Origin: Epiperipatus broadwayi | Lineage: Eukaryota; Animalia; Onychophora | Assembly: GCA_028023455.1 (NCBI GenBank) | Contig: JAQFVV010000007.1 | Coordinates: 3,162,001-3,226,000, forward strand | Reading direction: 5' to 3' | Length of the DNA: 64,000 nt | Shown here: positions 1-15,286 of the stretch, one piece after another | Position numbering within the stretch: position 1 is the stretch's first letter | Layout of the letters: the number at the start of each line of letters is the position of its first letter | Notes under the pieces: model-generated | Database searches by the model: none | Told to the model about the DNA's origin: nothing | Seen by the model: the letters and a program-made list of their open reading frames with translations, nothing else | Program-made: the position numbers and the translations under genes

Positions 1-3000
1 GGGGGGGGGGGGGCACAACAAACCTTTTCTTATACCACAAGTCTCAGATGAGTTCTTGAATGTGTTAATAGCGAAACTATATCTTAATAGTAAACCTGAT
101 CTAAAAAGTATATATTATTTTTTATTATGTTTATGTTCAGAGCCATCTATTGTAAGCTTAAAAGTTACATAACCCTTTTCTTCTTTCTTTTGAATTTATT
201 ATTTAGCTCTCTTTACATATTTATTATTAACTTTATTATTTTAATAAAGATAGATATCACAAATCTTTTATACCCTTCAACTTTATATCTAAGCATACAG
301 ATCCATTATATATATTGAATATAAAAAAAAAAAAACAATTCACTTAAAAGATCGTATTGTATGTATTTTAATTAGTTAGATATTGCAGAAATTAACTTCA
401 AGAGATTAAATTTCAGCAAAACAATTTCTCTCTTCAGACTATTTAATGCTACTGTGACTAATATAAAACTGATTATTAGAATATAAAGTTTGCTTCTTAG
501 ATTCCATAATGGTTATCTTTTTTGACACAAATGTCAATTAGATAAATAATTATGAAAATAACAATTCTTGATAGATTTTATATATAAAGAAAAATAAAGT
601 GTCAGTTCTTAATCTCTAAAAAGATGCTATTTCTGACTAGAAAATTTATTAATTAAAAACATATACTGGAGGAATAACAATGGCTTATTATCAAATGTTA
701 AGCCTGTTAAATATATATGTAGCGGGAGAGAAAATATTTCTATAAAAGTTTGTGGGTGTTAAGAGTTGAATTAGATTTCCTAATGTGGCAATGTGGTTCA
801 TATTGGGAAAGAAAACAAACAGGTGATGTAAAAAATGGAACCAAAAATAAGAAATAAATAAAAAAGAATATATTAAAATGAATGTAAAAAAGAATTAAAT
901 TATAGAATGAGAAACTACACCTTGAGAAATTATTAGGCAAAACATTAAACTGGACCAGATTTATTTTCTTTTGATGCAATCTAAGTTATAAGCATCTAAA
1001 TAGATACTTTTTATGAAATAAGTGTCTACACAAAAAAAAAACCGTGTCCTTTTTTTTGTTTTCACAAACTAGCTTTGTAATTTTAAAAAATAAATAGCTG
1101 AGCAACTTGGCCCAATTGTACGGAACTAACTATTTGATCATTATTTAATGATTACAATATTTAATAACATTAAAAAGATAGCCTTTAAAAAAGTCTTAGT
1201 AATACTGATTTAATAAGAAAATATCACAAGATTATATATTTAGTGTATATTACAAATAGAACTTAGTACTGCTATGGCAGTGTAAAAATAATAAATATTA
1301 TGAAACTCATGCAGAATGTTAAAGATGTCAAAAACTATTATAAGAGCCCATTCCACTGACCTACTACTTTATTTTTAACTAATTAAAGTAATTTAAAAAC
1401 CACCTTATTCAAACTTCTTTCTTTCCTTAGTAAAGATCACTACCGGCATGAGGATAATAAGTGCAGATGCATACTATCTTTGTTTATTTAATTGTATGGT
1501 TCTAGTAAATTGTTTACTTTACTCTTTTAAGGCCATGTAATATAACTAAACAGAGGCTAACTTCTGTAAAATTTGATTTATTATTTCTATGGCCTTCAGT
1601 TTGAACAAACTTTATCCTGACTAGTGACAGTTAGTTCAGAAATTGAGCCAGAGACTTAAGATTTATTAATACTGAATTTAAGACAACCCTCTAACTAACA
1701 AGACTATTCTGTAAGATTAGGATAATTACTAAGAACACCATTTTAAATTGAATATTCATGAATCTAAAGTTCACTAGTCAGGCCTGCAATATTTAAGATG
1801 AAAAAATAACAATATTATACAAAATAGCATATTCAAATTAATGTATTTAGAAAAGTATTAAAAAGGTTGAATTTTTCTAAAACCATTTAAAAATTTCAAC
1901 TGGATGATAGAAATAATCCATTATATACCTATTAGAAGTAACATTTATGCAGAAATATGTAAATACAGGTAAAAAGAGAAGAAACAGTAATTCCAGAGTA
2001 AACAATAATTTCAAGTCAAAAATGAAATAAACCATCATTATAATGGATTAATAATAGAAGGCAATTCCTAAAAAGGTATTATTTCTGTTATAAACGATTT
2101 TGTTGATGTCATTTATTGCACAACTCATAGATGATGGAAATATAAACTTTTATTGCACAGACATGTATTTTATTTAAATTATTTACTCTGATAAAATAGG
2201 ACTATTAATTTCAGAAAATTTTGAAAATTTCTGAAAAACATTCTAAACTAACAATTTTTCTTGTTAAAAAGATTCTTTTTTTTTTAAAATAGATCTAATG
2301 AAACATTTAAAGCTATGTTCATTCCTTTTATCTATGTGTTAATCATTTGATTTACATGTTTTTATTATAAATATCAAACGATAAAATGAATTATAAGTAT
2401 ATGATTTTATTTTTTTACTATGATCATGTGATGTTTATTGGCTTATTATAATTTTTAATGTGAAAATTTTGAAACTGCAGCAAAAGAAAAAAAACATTTT
2501 TTTTTTTTTTTTTTGATAAATAGAAAAATTATAAATATGAAAGAAATTCACATTTCAGATAAATAAAATGTAGCATGAATTTGATTCTTCGGAATCATCA
2601 TCATTGGATACATCAAAATTTACATAGAGCATTTAAGATATCATTTACTACAGTATTGGAATATCAAATAAATATGGCATATAACTTTCTCTTCTTACTT
2701 TATTAGCAAAAGTAATTCATCCTATATATTCTATGTCAGAATCAAATATTGTACATTTGAGGAATTAATGAATACAAGATGATAATACCATATACAAATC
2801 TTCAGATGTTTTTGGCAGTGCTCCATGGTGATAAAATACAATGGTCAGATTTTAGTCTGAGAATCTGGGTATACCCTATCTAATGCCCACTGATTACTCA
2901 AACTTACAATAGATGATTAAAAAATATATAATTAATTATTACTTCCAATGCAGATAGTATTAACAATTTCATTGTCAGTTTCCTTAAAAGTAATTAAGAA

Positions 3001-3907
3001 TTATTTATGATCTAACATTTCTCAAGAGAGATGTCACTTGAAATAATATCAATTGTATTTAAATTGTGATGACCAATAAAATATAATGAAATTATTGAAT
3101 AATAATATATTCTATTTATTATTAGTCATATACATCCTGTTTTGCACTATTCATAAATTGATGTTTAATAAATTTATAAATAAAATTTAAAAAAGTATTA
3201 ATCATTTTTATTTTTATTCATATTACATATTAAATGTATTAAATGTAATATTTTTCTCTCTTTAAATGTATTTCTTTTTTGGAAAAATATTCTATACATA
3301 AATTTATTACAAAAATTAGCAAAGTTCTGATCACTATTGATTTTATATTTTTTAAAATTCTTAATCTTTACCAATTTGATTTAATTAATTAAAGTTTTCT
3401 CTTTTAAATAAAAATGTGAAAATACAAAGAAATTGTGAATAAAAAGTATTTTCAGTGATTACTCTCAGCTTGAGGCAATTAATTTGGTAAGATTGTGACT
3501 AATTTGCATATTATATTAATTGTGAGTTACCATTTTAAAAATATATTCCACTAATATTATTTAAATTGATGAATCCTGCAATTAACAATTTTATAATTTG
3601 TAAAAATTTTAATTTAGAAGTTGTTCAAAGTTGAACATTATTTTGTGGTTTTAGATGTTCATTATAAAAATATTTATTGAAAATACAGACTGAATTTACT
3701 ACTTTCATTGTTCATACATTTCAAACAACTCTATTGATTATATATGTTTAGATTTAAAAACCCAAAGTGCTGCAATCAATGAGTATAAATTTTAAAAAAA
3801 ATCACATACTAATATTTGGCTATATTTTTCATAATTTTTTCTGTTAATTTAGAAGTATTTATTTAAATAAATTATTGTAATTTATAAATAGTGTCTTTTT
3901 ACTGCAG

Positions 3908-4030
3908 GACCCAAGGGGTAGTAGTTCAATACCAATGGATAATGAATTCATGTCAGGTGAAAAAGAAATTTTATTAATAGAAAAAGATCCAATCTTATTA
4001 ACAGAAAAACAACCCTCTTCTTCATTCTAG
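3908..4030 (+). CDS. Probable terminal coding exon of an unidentified host gene (DPRGSSSIPMDNEFMSGEKEILLIEKDPILLTEKQPSSSF*)
   Basis: Acceptor tttttactgcag|GAC, then 40 open codons ending in TAG within otherwise very AT-rich DNA. An internal donor (TCAG|GTGAAA) is possible. Protein not recognised. Confidence 0.5.
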   Translation, partial: DPRGSSSIPMDNEFMSGEKEILLIEKDPILLTEKQPSSSF

Positions 4031-5984
4031 AATGAATGTGAATTTTATTTTCCTCACATCTAAATCCTCTTCCAGTTTACTATTTTTCAATAATTATCTT
4101 TATTTATGTCTAACATGATGGAACAGGGACCCCCTTTTATCTTTTGTGTTGCATTCATTTCATAATAATTCTGGATAACTTTTAAATAACAAAAGTAGTT
4201 AAATCACCACATCTGATTGTGCTCTCATTTCTTTCAATGCAACTAAATTTATCATGTGTTTGTCAGAACTGCAACCTAACTGCTAAATCTTTTAAATATT
4301 TACTTAATCCACAGATGGGGCAACAACTGGAGCAATTCACACACACACATAAATCTGATGAGAATGCTGATGAATTATTTAAAAATATTTAATTTAAGAC
4401 TTGGAAATCTAAATAGTTCATCTTTCCAATTAGGATTTTAAAGTGAAATAATGAATTTAATTTCAAGGCCAAAATAGTCTTAAGAGATTTGAATAGATGC
4501 ATTTATAACAGAATAAATACATTTCAGTTAAAGAATAGTTTTGATCTAAAAAAGACAGAAAAATTAGACATGGAATGGAGTGGTGATCACTATTATCGAC
4601 ATATATACATAAATGTAAGTTATTCTTTTAATGACACATTTATTAGACTTAATTTAAACATTAGAAACATGCAAGATATTAGTTAATATTCGTGATGTGC
4701 TTTAATAAATTTATCTATATATTTTAAAAGATAAAAAAATAAAATAGTAATTCTCTTTCATATATAAATTTTATGGAATAATTTAAATACTTTGTATGAT
4801 ATAGAGAAAAACACTTTTTTTTTTTTTTTTCAAGAGTCAATTAAAAGCTTAAATATTTTGCTAAACAAGCAATTATTTTAAATGCCAACTAGTTAATAAA
4901 CAAATATTAGAATTACATTGCTTATAAAAAAACGAAACAAAAAAAAAAAAAAACAGAATTCAAGCAATCTCATATATATACAAGCTTAAAACCGAACAAA
5001 TGATAAAAGATAATTAGAAAATCAAAACTACATCTCACATATCTATTTTGAAAATATATTTTTGATGCTATGTACATGCAGGTATATAAAAAAAAAATCA
5101 TTAATATAACAAATTATTTTTCAAGTTTTAAGCTTGCAAATATGAATTTACCTGCATTCCATTTTTAAAAAAATATTGCGGGTGTTAATATAAAAACTGA
5201 GAAGAGCGAACTGATAACGACACTGTTGAATCCACTAATCTTTCCATAACGAAAATCAGTATTTTTCCAACGTTTTAATCAATATGTGTGACTGAAAACA
5301 TCCCATAGATTATCCATTTCTCCAATCTTTCTGCACACAAATAAATGACTACCATGTAATTTTGAGTACAGCATAAAGAAGCCCAGTGAGAACTGCCTGT
5401 TTATGAGGAAAAAATTATTTAAAAAAAACTACTGCCTACAACAATAAGATTTAATTATATGAAGGAAAAAAAAACATTTTGGCATTAATAAAGCTACAAG
5501 AATCAAGGAAAAGAAGTTCAAGGAATTAATCCAACAACTGTTGAAAATTATAGAAAAACCTAGAGAAATTATCAAGCAATAGCAAAAAAAATAATTTCAT
5601 ATACATATAGCTATATATACCACTGATTATCAAAAGATTTTGTGTTGTTAATTAATATCAAATTATTTAAATAGTATATAGCCAAAAGAAATCATTTTAT
5701 ATTTATAAATTTTGATATTTCACCTTTTTTTAATTATTTGATTAATTTGCAGAGAGATGATAAATCTTTACTATGCTAGTTTATTATAGCCCTAGAAAAT
5801 AATTAAACTGACTGATAGTAAACTTTATTGTAAAAAATAGTCACATTTTCTAACCAGTCACTGACTTTTTCATGTGATGGGTTGTGATGCACTGTGATTC
5901 TCATTAAACGGAGTCAGGAATCTCTCAGCAATTATGCCCAGAGAAACCTGTTAGCCACTTTATCTTCCCTTTCCATTCCCCACC

Positions 5985-6326
5985 CTAATTTTTCCCATAA
6001 CCTTCTCCATCCCATTTCCACAACATAATCTTTGTCAACTCCATGGCCTTCATATCTAAATCCCTCTTATCTTTTCCCAAACCCAGCATAAAAACCAATA
6101 ACCCACTTTCTGTATAATCACTTTGTTCATATTTATTCTACAATAACTTCCTTACTTGTACCCTTTCTGTTTTCAAGCATTTACATTCAATTAACAGATG
6201 CCTAATATTTTCTATTCCTTCCTTACACAATTTGCAGACGAAATCACCCATATTTATCCATTTATGCGTATAATCCCTTGTTGCTAAAGATCCCACAAAA
6301 TGCTATTGTTTGATAGTGCCCTCTAC
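5985..6326 (-). mobile_element. Non-LTR retrotransposon ORF2 C-terminal remnant with a CCHC-type zinc finger
   Basis: Minus-strand translation GSLATRDYTHKWINMGDFVCKLCKEGIENIRHLLIECKCLKTER...; the C-x2-C...E..H+++EC pattern is typical of LINE ORF2 C-termini. Contains an internal stop. Confidence 0.6.
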
Positions 6327-8902
6327 AGTTTACAATTAAAATTATAGAAGGCAATTAAAATTTCCAAACCAATGCTACGACAAAATAGCATTTTTATTAT
6401 TAATTTTAATTGATTTACTCACCAAATGGTAACAATTAAGAAAAACTTTGAATATTTCTTGAACATAAAAATAAATATATATTTGATTACTCTTACTCTA
6501 ATTGATGTAAATAAATGCAATCATAACATATTTTCCTATTTGAAATTAAATTTAAACTCTAAAGCCTTTAATAGAGAATATTAACTTATAATTTTCATCA
6601 AATAAAGACAGCCTCTTTACATTTTACATAACTATATATACATGTATTTAAATATGCATGCCTGTTCATATACAAGCATATATTACATAGGTATTCTACA
6701 CATTCATATTTTTAAAAGCTGCCATTCCAAAAATATTTTTGTGATGCAAATGCACTGGTGAAAAAACGCCCATTAACTTATTAAAATTATTTACTGTAAC
6801 TTAGATTTCATTTAGCGAAATTTTACATATACTGTCATTCCGGGAATCAACAGACCTTTACAATAAATTGTAAACAAATATTGGTAAACATCAGTATATC
6901 TTTAAAACAATTCTGATAGCATTTCAATGGAATTTTTGATCAGATATAAGCTCTTAGGAAAGTAAATCTTAAAATAATTAAAATAGCAATATAATTCATC
7001 ATATTTTAAATTAGTAATTTTCTTAAATAGGATTTTCCATGATCAATGGAATTTTCTTTAATGAAAACTTTATAAAATAACATAAAAACACTATAAATGA
7101 TATTTTAGTTTTCTTTTCGGCATAATTTATCAAAATATTTATGCAACTGTAAGACATTTTTTGTATTATTTTATTATTTACACCTTTGTCAAATAATGTC
7201 AGGTACTGGTCTTAAAATTATGAATAATTTTAGAAAATTTTAAAAGTACAATGTTTATAATTAAATAATTGATTTCCTCTACCAGATTAAATTATTTATA
7301 AAAAAATATACTAACAAAATCCAAAGTTAAAAATAATATGATAGCTGTCAAGAAGCAAATGATAATTTATCTCTGAAAAAAAAAAAAACATATTTGCATA
7401 AGATAGGAATATTTGTATATAAAATAATCTCTCTATATATATTTTTATAATTTATCATTTCATTACTAATTGTTATAGACCATTATTATTATGAATTCCA
7501 TAAGCAAAAAAATAACATATTTGCATAAGATAGGAATATTTGTATATAAATTAATCTATTTTTTTCTTTACACGTATAAGTATTATTTATAATAATAATA
7601 AAAAAAAAAAAAAACTTAAGATGAAGCACATGTTGATTATCATTTCATTACTAATTATTACAGATTGACCACTATTATTATGAAATACAATAATTTGGAA
7701 TATTCTAAAATTCAAATAAAATTATGACAATCCATCATTATACACAAAGTAATTAATTTGTGTACTGTTCATACAATAATAAAAATCTATCACATATCAT
7801 TGTGCACATACTGTGCTTTACAAATGTACTAATATCTTAAGATCTTATGTATTTGACTCTAGTTATGATTGCTAATATAGATGCAATTGCTGGCAGTGTC
7901 TAGATGTAAACATCATTTTGTAATGATCCAAGAGAAAACAATTGTTCAGTGATTTGATTAAAATATTAAAAAAATATTACTTTGATATTGAAGATGAATT
8001 AAAACTGATTTGGCTGATGAAATATTTAAAAAGACCATAGAAGAAAACCATGAAATTTATTTTTTCTTTAATCAATAGTTTTTCAAACAATATTCTTTAA
8101 TAAGTTATTATTTACTTTTTGTTCAACTAATGTACACAATAATACTTTTTAAATTCTATAGTTCACTTTTATCATTATTTTTGAATGATTTTCTCAAATC
8201 CTAAAAGTTTTGAAAATTATTTTTCAATTAGTAGTGAATAATCCAGACAATTTCTTACAATAGCTAATGTTCAATGCACAAAATTATTAGTATTTTTAAT
8301 ATAATGATGATTTAATACAAATATAGATCCCTATATACAAAATAAACTTTATAATATTTTATGACAATTTTATATTGAACACATATACACTTTATGCATT
8401 CATATGTACAAGACATATATGTCAGATAACTACTTAATATGAACGAAACAGTATTAAAAATTTTAAATCTTTTCATAATTATTTATTTTTGTTTTATATT
8501 TATTGCAAATACTAATAATTTCATAATTATATCATGTATAAACTAATATTTTATTTGGTAATCAAAGCATAATTTATTCTTTTTTAAAATATGCAATGTT
8601 ATTTTTATTATAAACTAACTTTAAAAAGAAACAAAAAATAAAATAGAATTTTATATTTAAAATTCATGATCATATAATATAAATGTTTTTAAACTATAAC
8701 ACATACTGAAAATCTATGAACAGGCAATAATATTTAAACAAACTTTAAAGTAAGGCCTTGAACAGATTATTTAACTTCAAATTTCATAGAACCAAACTGT
8801 ACCAGTGGCATTTGAAAATATAAAAATATTAAGTTCATCAATAAAAAAATAAATTATTGGGCTGATCTCCACATGGTATTATTAGAAATGGACGGTTTAG
8901 AA

Positions 8903-9185
8903 TTAGTACATCATCATACTATTGGGGCTTTTGTCATTCATATCAGCTTTATAAGGTAATCGTTTCGAGTGGACATTTGACATAATAAGAATAAGAATAT
9001 TTAAAAAATAAATAAGCATGCTGGCAAGAACAATCCAAAAGGAATAACCAAACTGTGATAAATTCTTAGATGTCCAGTTGTTATCAATGTCCTTGAGATC
9101 TAAAACTCTTTCATTTAATTTGTCATAAAATAGAATCACATAAATGATGACAGCAAGGCACGAAGATTCAACTATCAATAATACC
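8903..9185 (-). CDS. CLRN: Clarin-family tetraspan protein, last coding exon
   Basis: ...CLAVIIYVILFYDKLNERVLDLKDIDNNWTSKNLSQFGYSFWIVLASMLIYFLNILILIMS...KSPNSMMMY* matches the clarin TM3-loop-TM4 layout (WTS..., GYSFW, ..LN, terminal M-Y). Acceptor is AG at 9186-9187 or 9173-9174. Upstream exons were not found. Confidence 0.8.
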
Positions 9186-11917
9186 CTAGTGACATCTTTC
9201 TTTCAACTTCAGAGTTTATAATGTAAGAGATAATAAAATCAATGACTACTGAGAGGCAATGGAGACTAGATAAATATCCTTCTTTTGGTGTGAAACACTG
9301 AATGTTCAATATTCTCTACTTAGTGAACTCTACTTTAACTCTGATCTTGTTATTCAAAGTCAGCGCTTTGAAAATATCAAACATCCAGACATTTTGACCA
9401 CAAGCTATTTTTAAGAATAACTATCACGATTATTATCTTTTGGCAAAAGGATGGTAAAAAACTAATATATATTTGGAAAAGGGAAATGTCACTAAAGCCA
9501 ATCAATGTAAACTGGAGAGGAAATACACGAAGTTAATACTTTTACCCATTTGTATGCCAAAAATCAAAGATGTTCAAAGTCAATTTAAAACTGAGATCAC
9601 TAAAATAGAGCAATTAAGTTAATATCACACCTACATTAAAGTCAGTCAATGAAGAGTATGGCCAGGCCCTCAAGGACTGGGGCTCCACACTGAACTACTC
9701 TATTTTAATCATCAACATAATAATATTATATCTTATGCATTAATAAAATAGACTGAGGGACTGACATTTGATGCAAGTTATACATAAAGCTAAAGCTTAC
9801 TTTTTACTATTTAAGTAGGAATAAATGTTATATATATTCCTTTCTTGTGTTAAAAATTAAATTTTTTATTTATTTATTTACTTTTTTATTTACTGGGGGT
9901 CCCATTCCATATTTGTGCCAGGGCGTCAAAAAATCCAAAGGATGGCACTGGTTAGACAGTGCAAACCCTTAAAATGTTTGTATTTGGAAGTCATTACATT
10001 TAAATAGTAAGAAAAATGTAAACTCTGCCAGAAAATGGATAAGAGCATAAACACGTTGCTCTATTATCAAGAAAATTGTATTATCTAGATAGCAACCATA
10101 AAAATCTGGCTGCAAAGACATTTAAAGCTATTGGATTTATTCATTACTTACATTATAAATTTCAAGTTAGAAAAAATATGTCAATTAATTTAAAAAATTT
10201 TAATTTGTAATTAATTATGCAATTAGTAAAGATAAGACACAAATTTAATAAAATATCAGAAACATAAATTATACTAGCAACATATTTTAGTAATAATAAT
10301 ACATTTTTTACTTAACAGTTAAAACCATAAAATAATAATAATAATAATAATAAATGATGATAGTTCCATAAGATTATGACCTGTACAAGAGTTTTTTTTA
10401 TTTTAAAAAATTAAATCCAAAATGACTTTTTAAGAATGATAATCTCAAGAGAACCAAATGTGATTTATGCTTACCATGTTTGAATACTCCAATACCTATT
10501 AAAGCAACGTTTTCATAAAAAGAACGATTTATATTGAACTGCTACTAGAAATTGTGTGGATATATCAGTTTCAGATTATATCAGATTTAATTTACATCAT
10601 AAAAGCTACTAAACAATGAGATAAAATGTTCAGTTTTAAATAGAATAGTAGATCACATTAGTAATAGCTTTTATTCTATTATTTATAAAAACTGACATTA
10701 TATTCATCTTTGATAAAATAATAATTTTCTCATTAAAATAATAATTAGAGGATTTTCAATTTTTACTTATTAAAAAAACAGGAAAGAAAATATAATAAAT
10801 AAAATACATAGTTTTTAATCTTCTATATATGAAAATATTATTAACATTTCCAGGTTTCTTAGCTTAGAAATAACTGCTAATATATTTCTATTACATAACA
10901 TAGTAATGAACAGAATAAAGACGATCATTTGTTACTATTATTTAAAATATTCATTTAAAAAACATTTGCATTTGATGTTTTTAAATTGTCAAAATCTCAT
11001 TTATTCAAATAATAATAATATACATATAAAAGATCAAAAACAAGGATGTTGCGACTATAATTCAAATTCCAAATTAAAGGCTTCTTAAAAATCAAAATAT
11101 ATTTACGAAATATTAAAAAAAAGGTTAACATATTCAAGGCATTGGGCATATTTTTGTGAGATTATATTTAAAAAACACACACAAAATAAAAATGATTTCT
11201 TGAAAGATGACTTTCGTTGTATTTATAATTAAAATGTAATTCCTCAAACAGGAGTAAGTTATCACTTCAAACATGCAACATTGCTTAAATACCCGTATCT
11301 GGAATGTGTTTCATGATGATAATAAAAAATACAAAAGAATAAGAAAATTTTCAATAATTAACTAATAGTAAAAAATTAAAAAAGAAAAAGTTGCAATCGT
11401 AAAAATAGAATTTAAAAAATGAAATAAATTGATTATGATATAAAACAAATTTACTAAATTAAAAAAAAAAGTATCCTTATATATATATGAGATATTTTCC
11501 AGATTCATCAGTGTATCATTAATAATATTATTTCACTAAAGTTTCAGCTGTATAACACCTAGTATCAACTAGGTAAAGAATATTATTTTTAAAAAAACCC
11601 ACAAATAACAAGATGAAAAGTTCTTCTGACGAAAATAAAACAGATATTCTTAAAATATGAATGTGGGCAAAGGAGCAGCAATAAATGAAAAAATTAAAAT
11701 AAAATCAGACACTCTGATTAATGAGCTTTATTTTTATTTTTTCCAAATGGGATAATATACAGACACCATTATCTTTATTGATATGGTTTACTTTCTTAAG
11801 GCTCTTGATGACTTCTCTGATTTTTCTTTATTAATGAGTGACACATCTGAATAAGATTCTAGTGTTTGAAAAATCTATATTGTCATATCACAAATTTAAG
11901 TATTATTTTAATATATT

Positions 11918-12120
11918 ACAAGTTCATCTCTCCTAACACTATGATATAAAGATTACCCACATCCACATAAAGAGACTCCACAAACTCCATATGAGATTTC
12001 ATAATTTCCCTGAATCTCAATAGGAAAGAAGCATCAGGCTGAAGAGAATATTATCAAAGTTTTAATTATCTGTATATGTTGCTCTTATAACGTTTCAGAA
12101 TAAATCCAATACCATTGTAA
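11918..12120 (-). mobile_element. LINE apurinic endonuclease remnant
   Basis: Minus-strand fragments NGIGFILK and YIIVLGEMN resemble the APE motifs GVGFIL and IILGD(F/M)N; stops and frameshifts present. Confidence 0.45.
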
Positions 12121-15100
12121 TTTCTTTTTAATAGGAAATACAAGCTCTAATGACTTGTTTTTTTTTTCCAACATCACAATTAGGGGGTCTGAATTGAGTT
12201 TTTATTTGTTGTTCTTTTATCACTAGCTATCATGATATTGTTTATACAATTTACTTTTTTCTTTAAATATGATTTATCTGCAAGATCAATTGCTCTTCTA
12301 AAGAGTTCATGCTACAATAAAAAATCTTAGTTGAGTAATGATGACATTAGTAAAATATTAAAATTGTATTAAATCTATTAAATGCTTCCATCTGTGCATA
12401 AACTTCCTCAAAAACAAAATAATAATAATAATAAAAGAATTTACTTAGTTAGTAGAAAAAAATTTTGGAAGATTTTTTGTATAGTATTTACACACACACA
12501 CACACACACAAATTTAAGTCTATTCTCCCCCATCTTTACATCAGCTGAGCATGTGCCTCCCATTAAACAGTTCCCAAATTGCTTTCTTTTTCTTTATTAG
12601 TTAGACTTTCCTAAAATTACTTTATATTGTATTTCCTTTCTCACATGTATGCATATGTGCACAATTTATTTTCTGGCAGTACTTTTACATGTACATTATA
12701 ATCTATAACTTTAATATAAACAAAAATTATTCATTTAAAACAATTTTTTTTTTGTTACTGGCATAATTTTCTTTTAAAATTCTCAGGGTACTCATGGTTA
12801 AAGTGTATCGCCTCATGTTGGGCAACAATTATAACAGTCGACAGAACCTTCCAAACCTAATCTGGCATCCAGGACACCACTAGGTTATTCGAATTTAAAA
12901 AATTTATAAAGGCGGCAGATACATATGGGTGAGGTTCAACTTTTATCTAACTGAAAGCCCCAGTCACTAGCTCAGGAAGAAGCTGAGCTTAAAATTTCAC
13001 ACTGTATATTTAAAATTTCTAATTCTTAATTTTAAATATTATTAATAAAATATATAAAATAAGTTACTGCCAAAATTAATTAAACAAAACATTTTATTAC
13101 ACACACACACATTTAATACAAACATCTGAAGATTAAATTTATTAAGCATAAATACGCAAATATTCAACCCAATCCCTTTTAACAGAGTAAAATTTTGTGT
13201 TTAAACCAATGCTAGCTTATTGATATACTGATGTGACCAAGGTAAAATGAGATTATTAGCATAACACTATCATGCTAACAGGAATTTACATCTGCAGCAT
13301 GATATAATTAGAGAAATAATGAATCGTGGTGGGAAGGAATGAGCATCTTCCTCATGAACATTGATAAATTTCACCAACATACATAAATGATCCACTGTCC
13401 AATTGGTGATACAAAAACAAAATTATTTGAAATATATATATATATTGTAACCTAGTGTTATTGACACTTGGTTTATTTAGCATCGTTTCCACAGGAAAAC
13501 AATGCTATCCTTTTCTAGGAAATAAAAAAGTAAAATAATAATAATATTAAGAGATTAATAAAATATGCTATTTACTCACTTTAACGTGTTTTAAGCAAAT
13601 AACTAAAAAATTTAGTAATTTGATGTCATTTTGAAAAAGAGCATGAATAATTTAATTAAAATATTAACAATAAGAGCAATTTAATATAGTATAAAAGCAC
13701 CTATCATAAACAGTAATTGATTTTGGATGGGTAGAGGGGGAGAGTAGATGAATGTCTTGTCATAAAGCACAATAACTTCTGGTAAATTTTAAATTTAGAT
13801 AATAGTGTATATAGAATTATACATCACTAATAAGCATTGTTAATTAAATATACTTATTATTTTTCATTATTTGTCAATTTACTTGGTAATTTGTTTAAAT
13901 CATACGGAAAAATATATGACTGTAATAAGTTTTTTTTTTTCCTTTCTTTTGTTTATGTATAATTAAATGATTATTTTTCTGTAAGAGGTCGCTAAAACAA
14001 GACCGCCAAAATTTGAAGAAAGTTTAGTCTGACTTTAGTTTTACAAGGAGGAAGCAGTACTGAAATTCGGTAACAAATTTTTTTTATTATTTTTTATTGC
14101 AGAAATAAATATAAGTCAAGTAAATTTTTAATAATATCATGCGTGGCTAATCCTATTTGATAAGATATTCTGTTTTCTGTTGCCATCTACCTATTTTAAA
14201 GCTTTTTATACGCAAAAATATACTATCTTCTGCTAAAGTTCAAAATGACCGTATTGACTACAGCAATCACAGAAAGTGTCATTATATTTAAAAGAAGTAA
14301 TATAAGTAATTTCCAGGAAATAATCAATGAGTTGTTAACTTTACCTCATTTAATTGTCTTTTCGTGGTATAAAAGAAAAATTATGATTAAAAGACATATT
14401 ATAAAAGCCAAGGAAAGTTAACTAGAAAATTTCGCGCTCTTTCTAAAAGAAATTGTCTGCTTTGAAAATAATGTAAGTTCCCCACGTTAAAATATGTTTA
14501 TTCACTGAAAATTATCTAAAAATAATAGTAATGATAAAGGATATTTACTTATGCACCTGTATAGTTTTAAAAAAGAAAATATAAATTTTCTCAAGGCAAA
14601 TATCGGAAAATTTGTATGTGTGCATTTTACGGAGAATTCATTATTAAAGAAAAATTATAATTCCTAGAGTAGGAATAAAAACTACAAACATTAGTGACTT
14701 AATTATAACCATAATATAATATGTTATATTATACATCAACTGGAGTCGTTAAAACTTTATATCCACGTAAGTCAGCTGCAGTCGTTATAATAATAGTATT
14801 TTGGAAAATTCGCGCATTAGTTTTATTCCTAAGCCAGCTAGCTAAAAATGATACGTATTGCCAATAGTAAAAAGAAAAGAATTGTATATGTGATCGTCAA
14901 TCGTCAAATATTCGTCATGTTAAAATATGTATTGTTTTCTTGGATCCCCAAAATTATATCAGTTAATTCAAGGAAGAGTTAATATCCAACGCTGCTATGT
15001 TTTCTTTGCCTAATTTATTAATTGCACCAGAATGGAGGCAACTTTTATATAAATGAAATAATAAAATGTGTTTCTTGTTTTAAAATTGCTTTGTGAACTA

Positions 15101-15235
15101 CGAATGGATCAAGTTCTTCATCTAGATAAATTGCCCAACGGAAAAACATTTTTCTAGTGAGATAATAAGCACTTGTTAAGTAATGATTTTTTTTTAATTT
15201 GTAAAATTATGTGTATTTTTTTTTTATATCAACAG

Positions 15236-15286
15236 GTGAAAGGCTGTATAGTCAAGTAATATTTAAATGACCTTGTAATCATAAAG
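15236..15286 (+). other. Candidate non-coding (UTR or lncRNA) exon
   Basis: Strong acceptor (T-tract, tatcaacag|) and donor (AAG|gtatgt). Stops in all three frames. Upstream donor CAC|gtaagt at 14767 in a CpG-retaining region. Confidence 0.4.

Noticed and set aside
14220-14350. Clarin middle exon candidate (TLSVIAVVNTV)
   Set aside because: Runs into a stop without the expected G.YLWN motif or a suitable donor.
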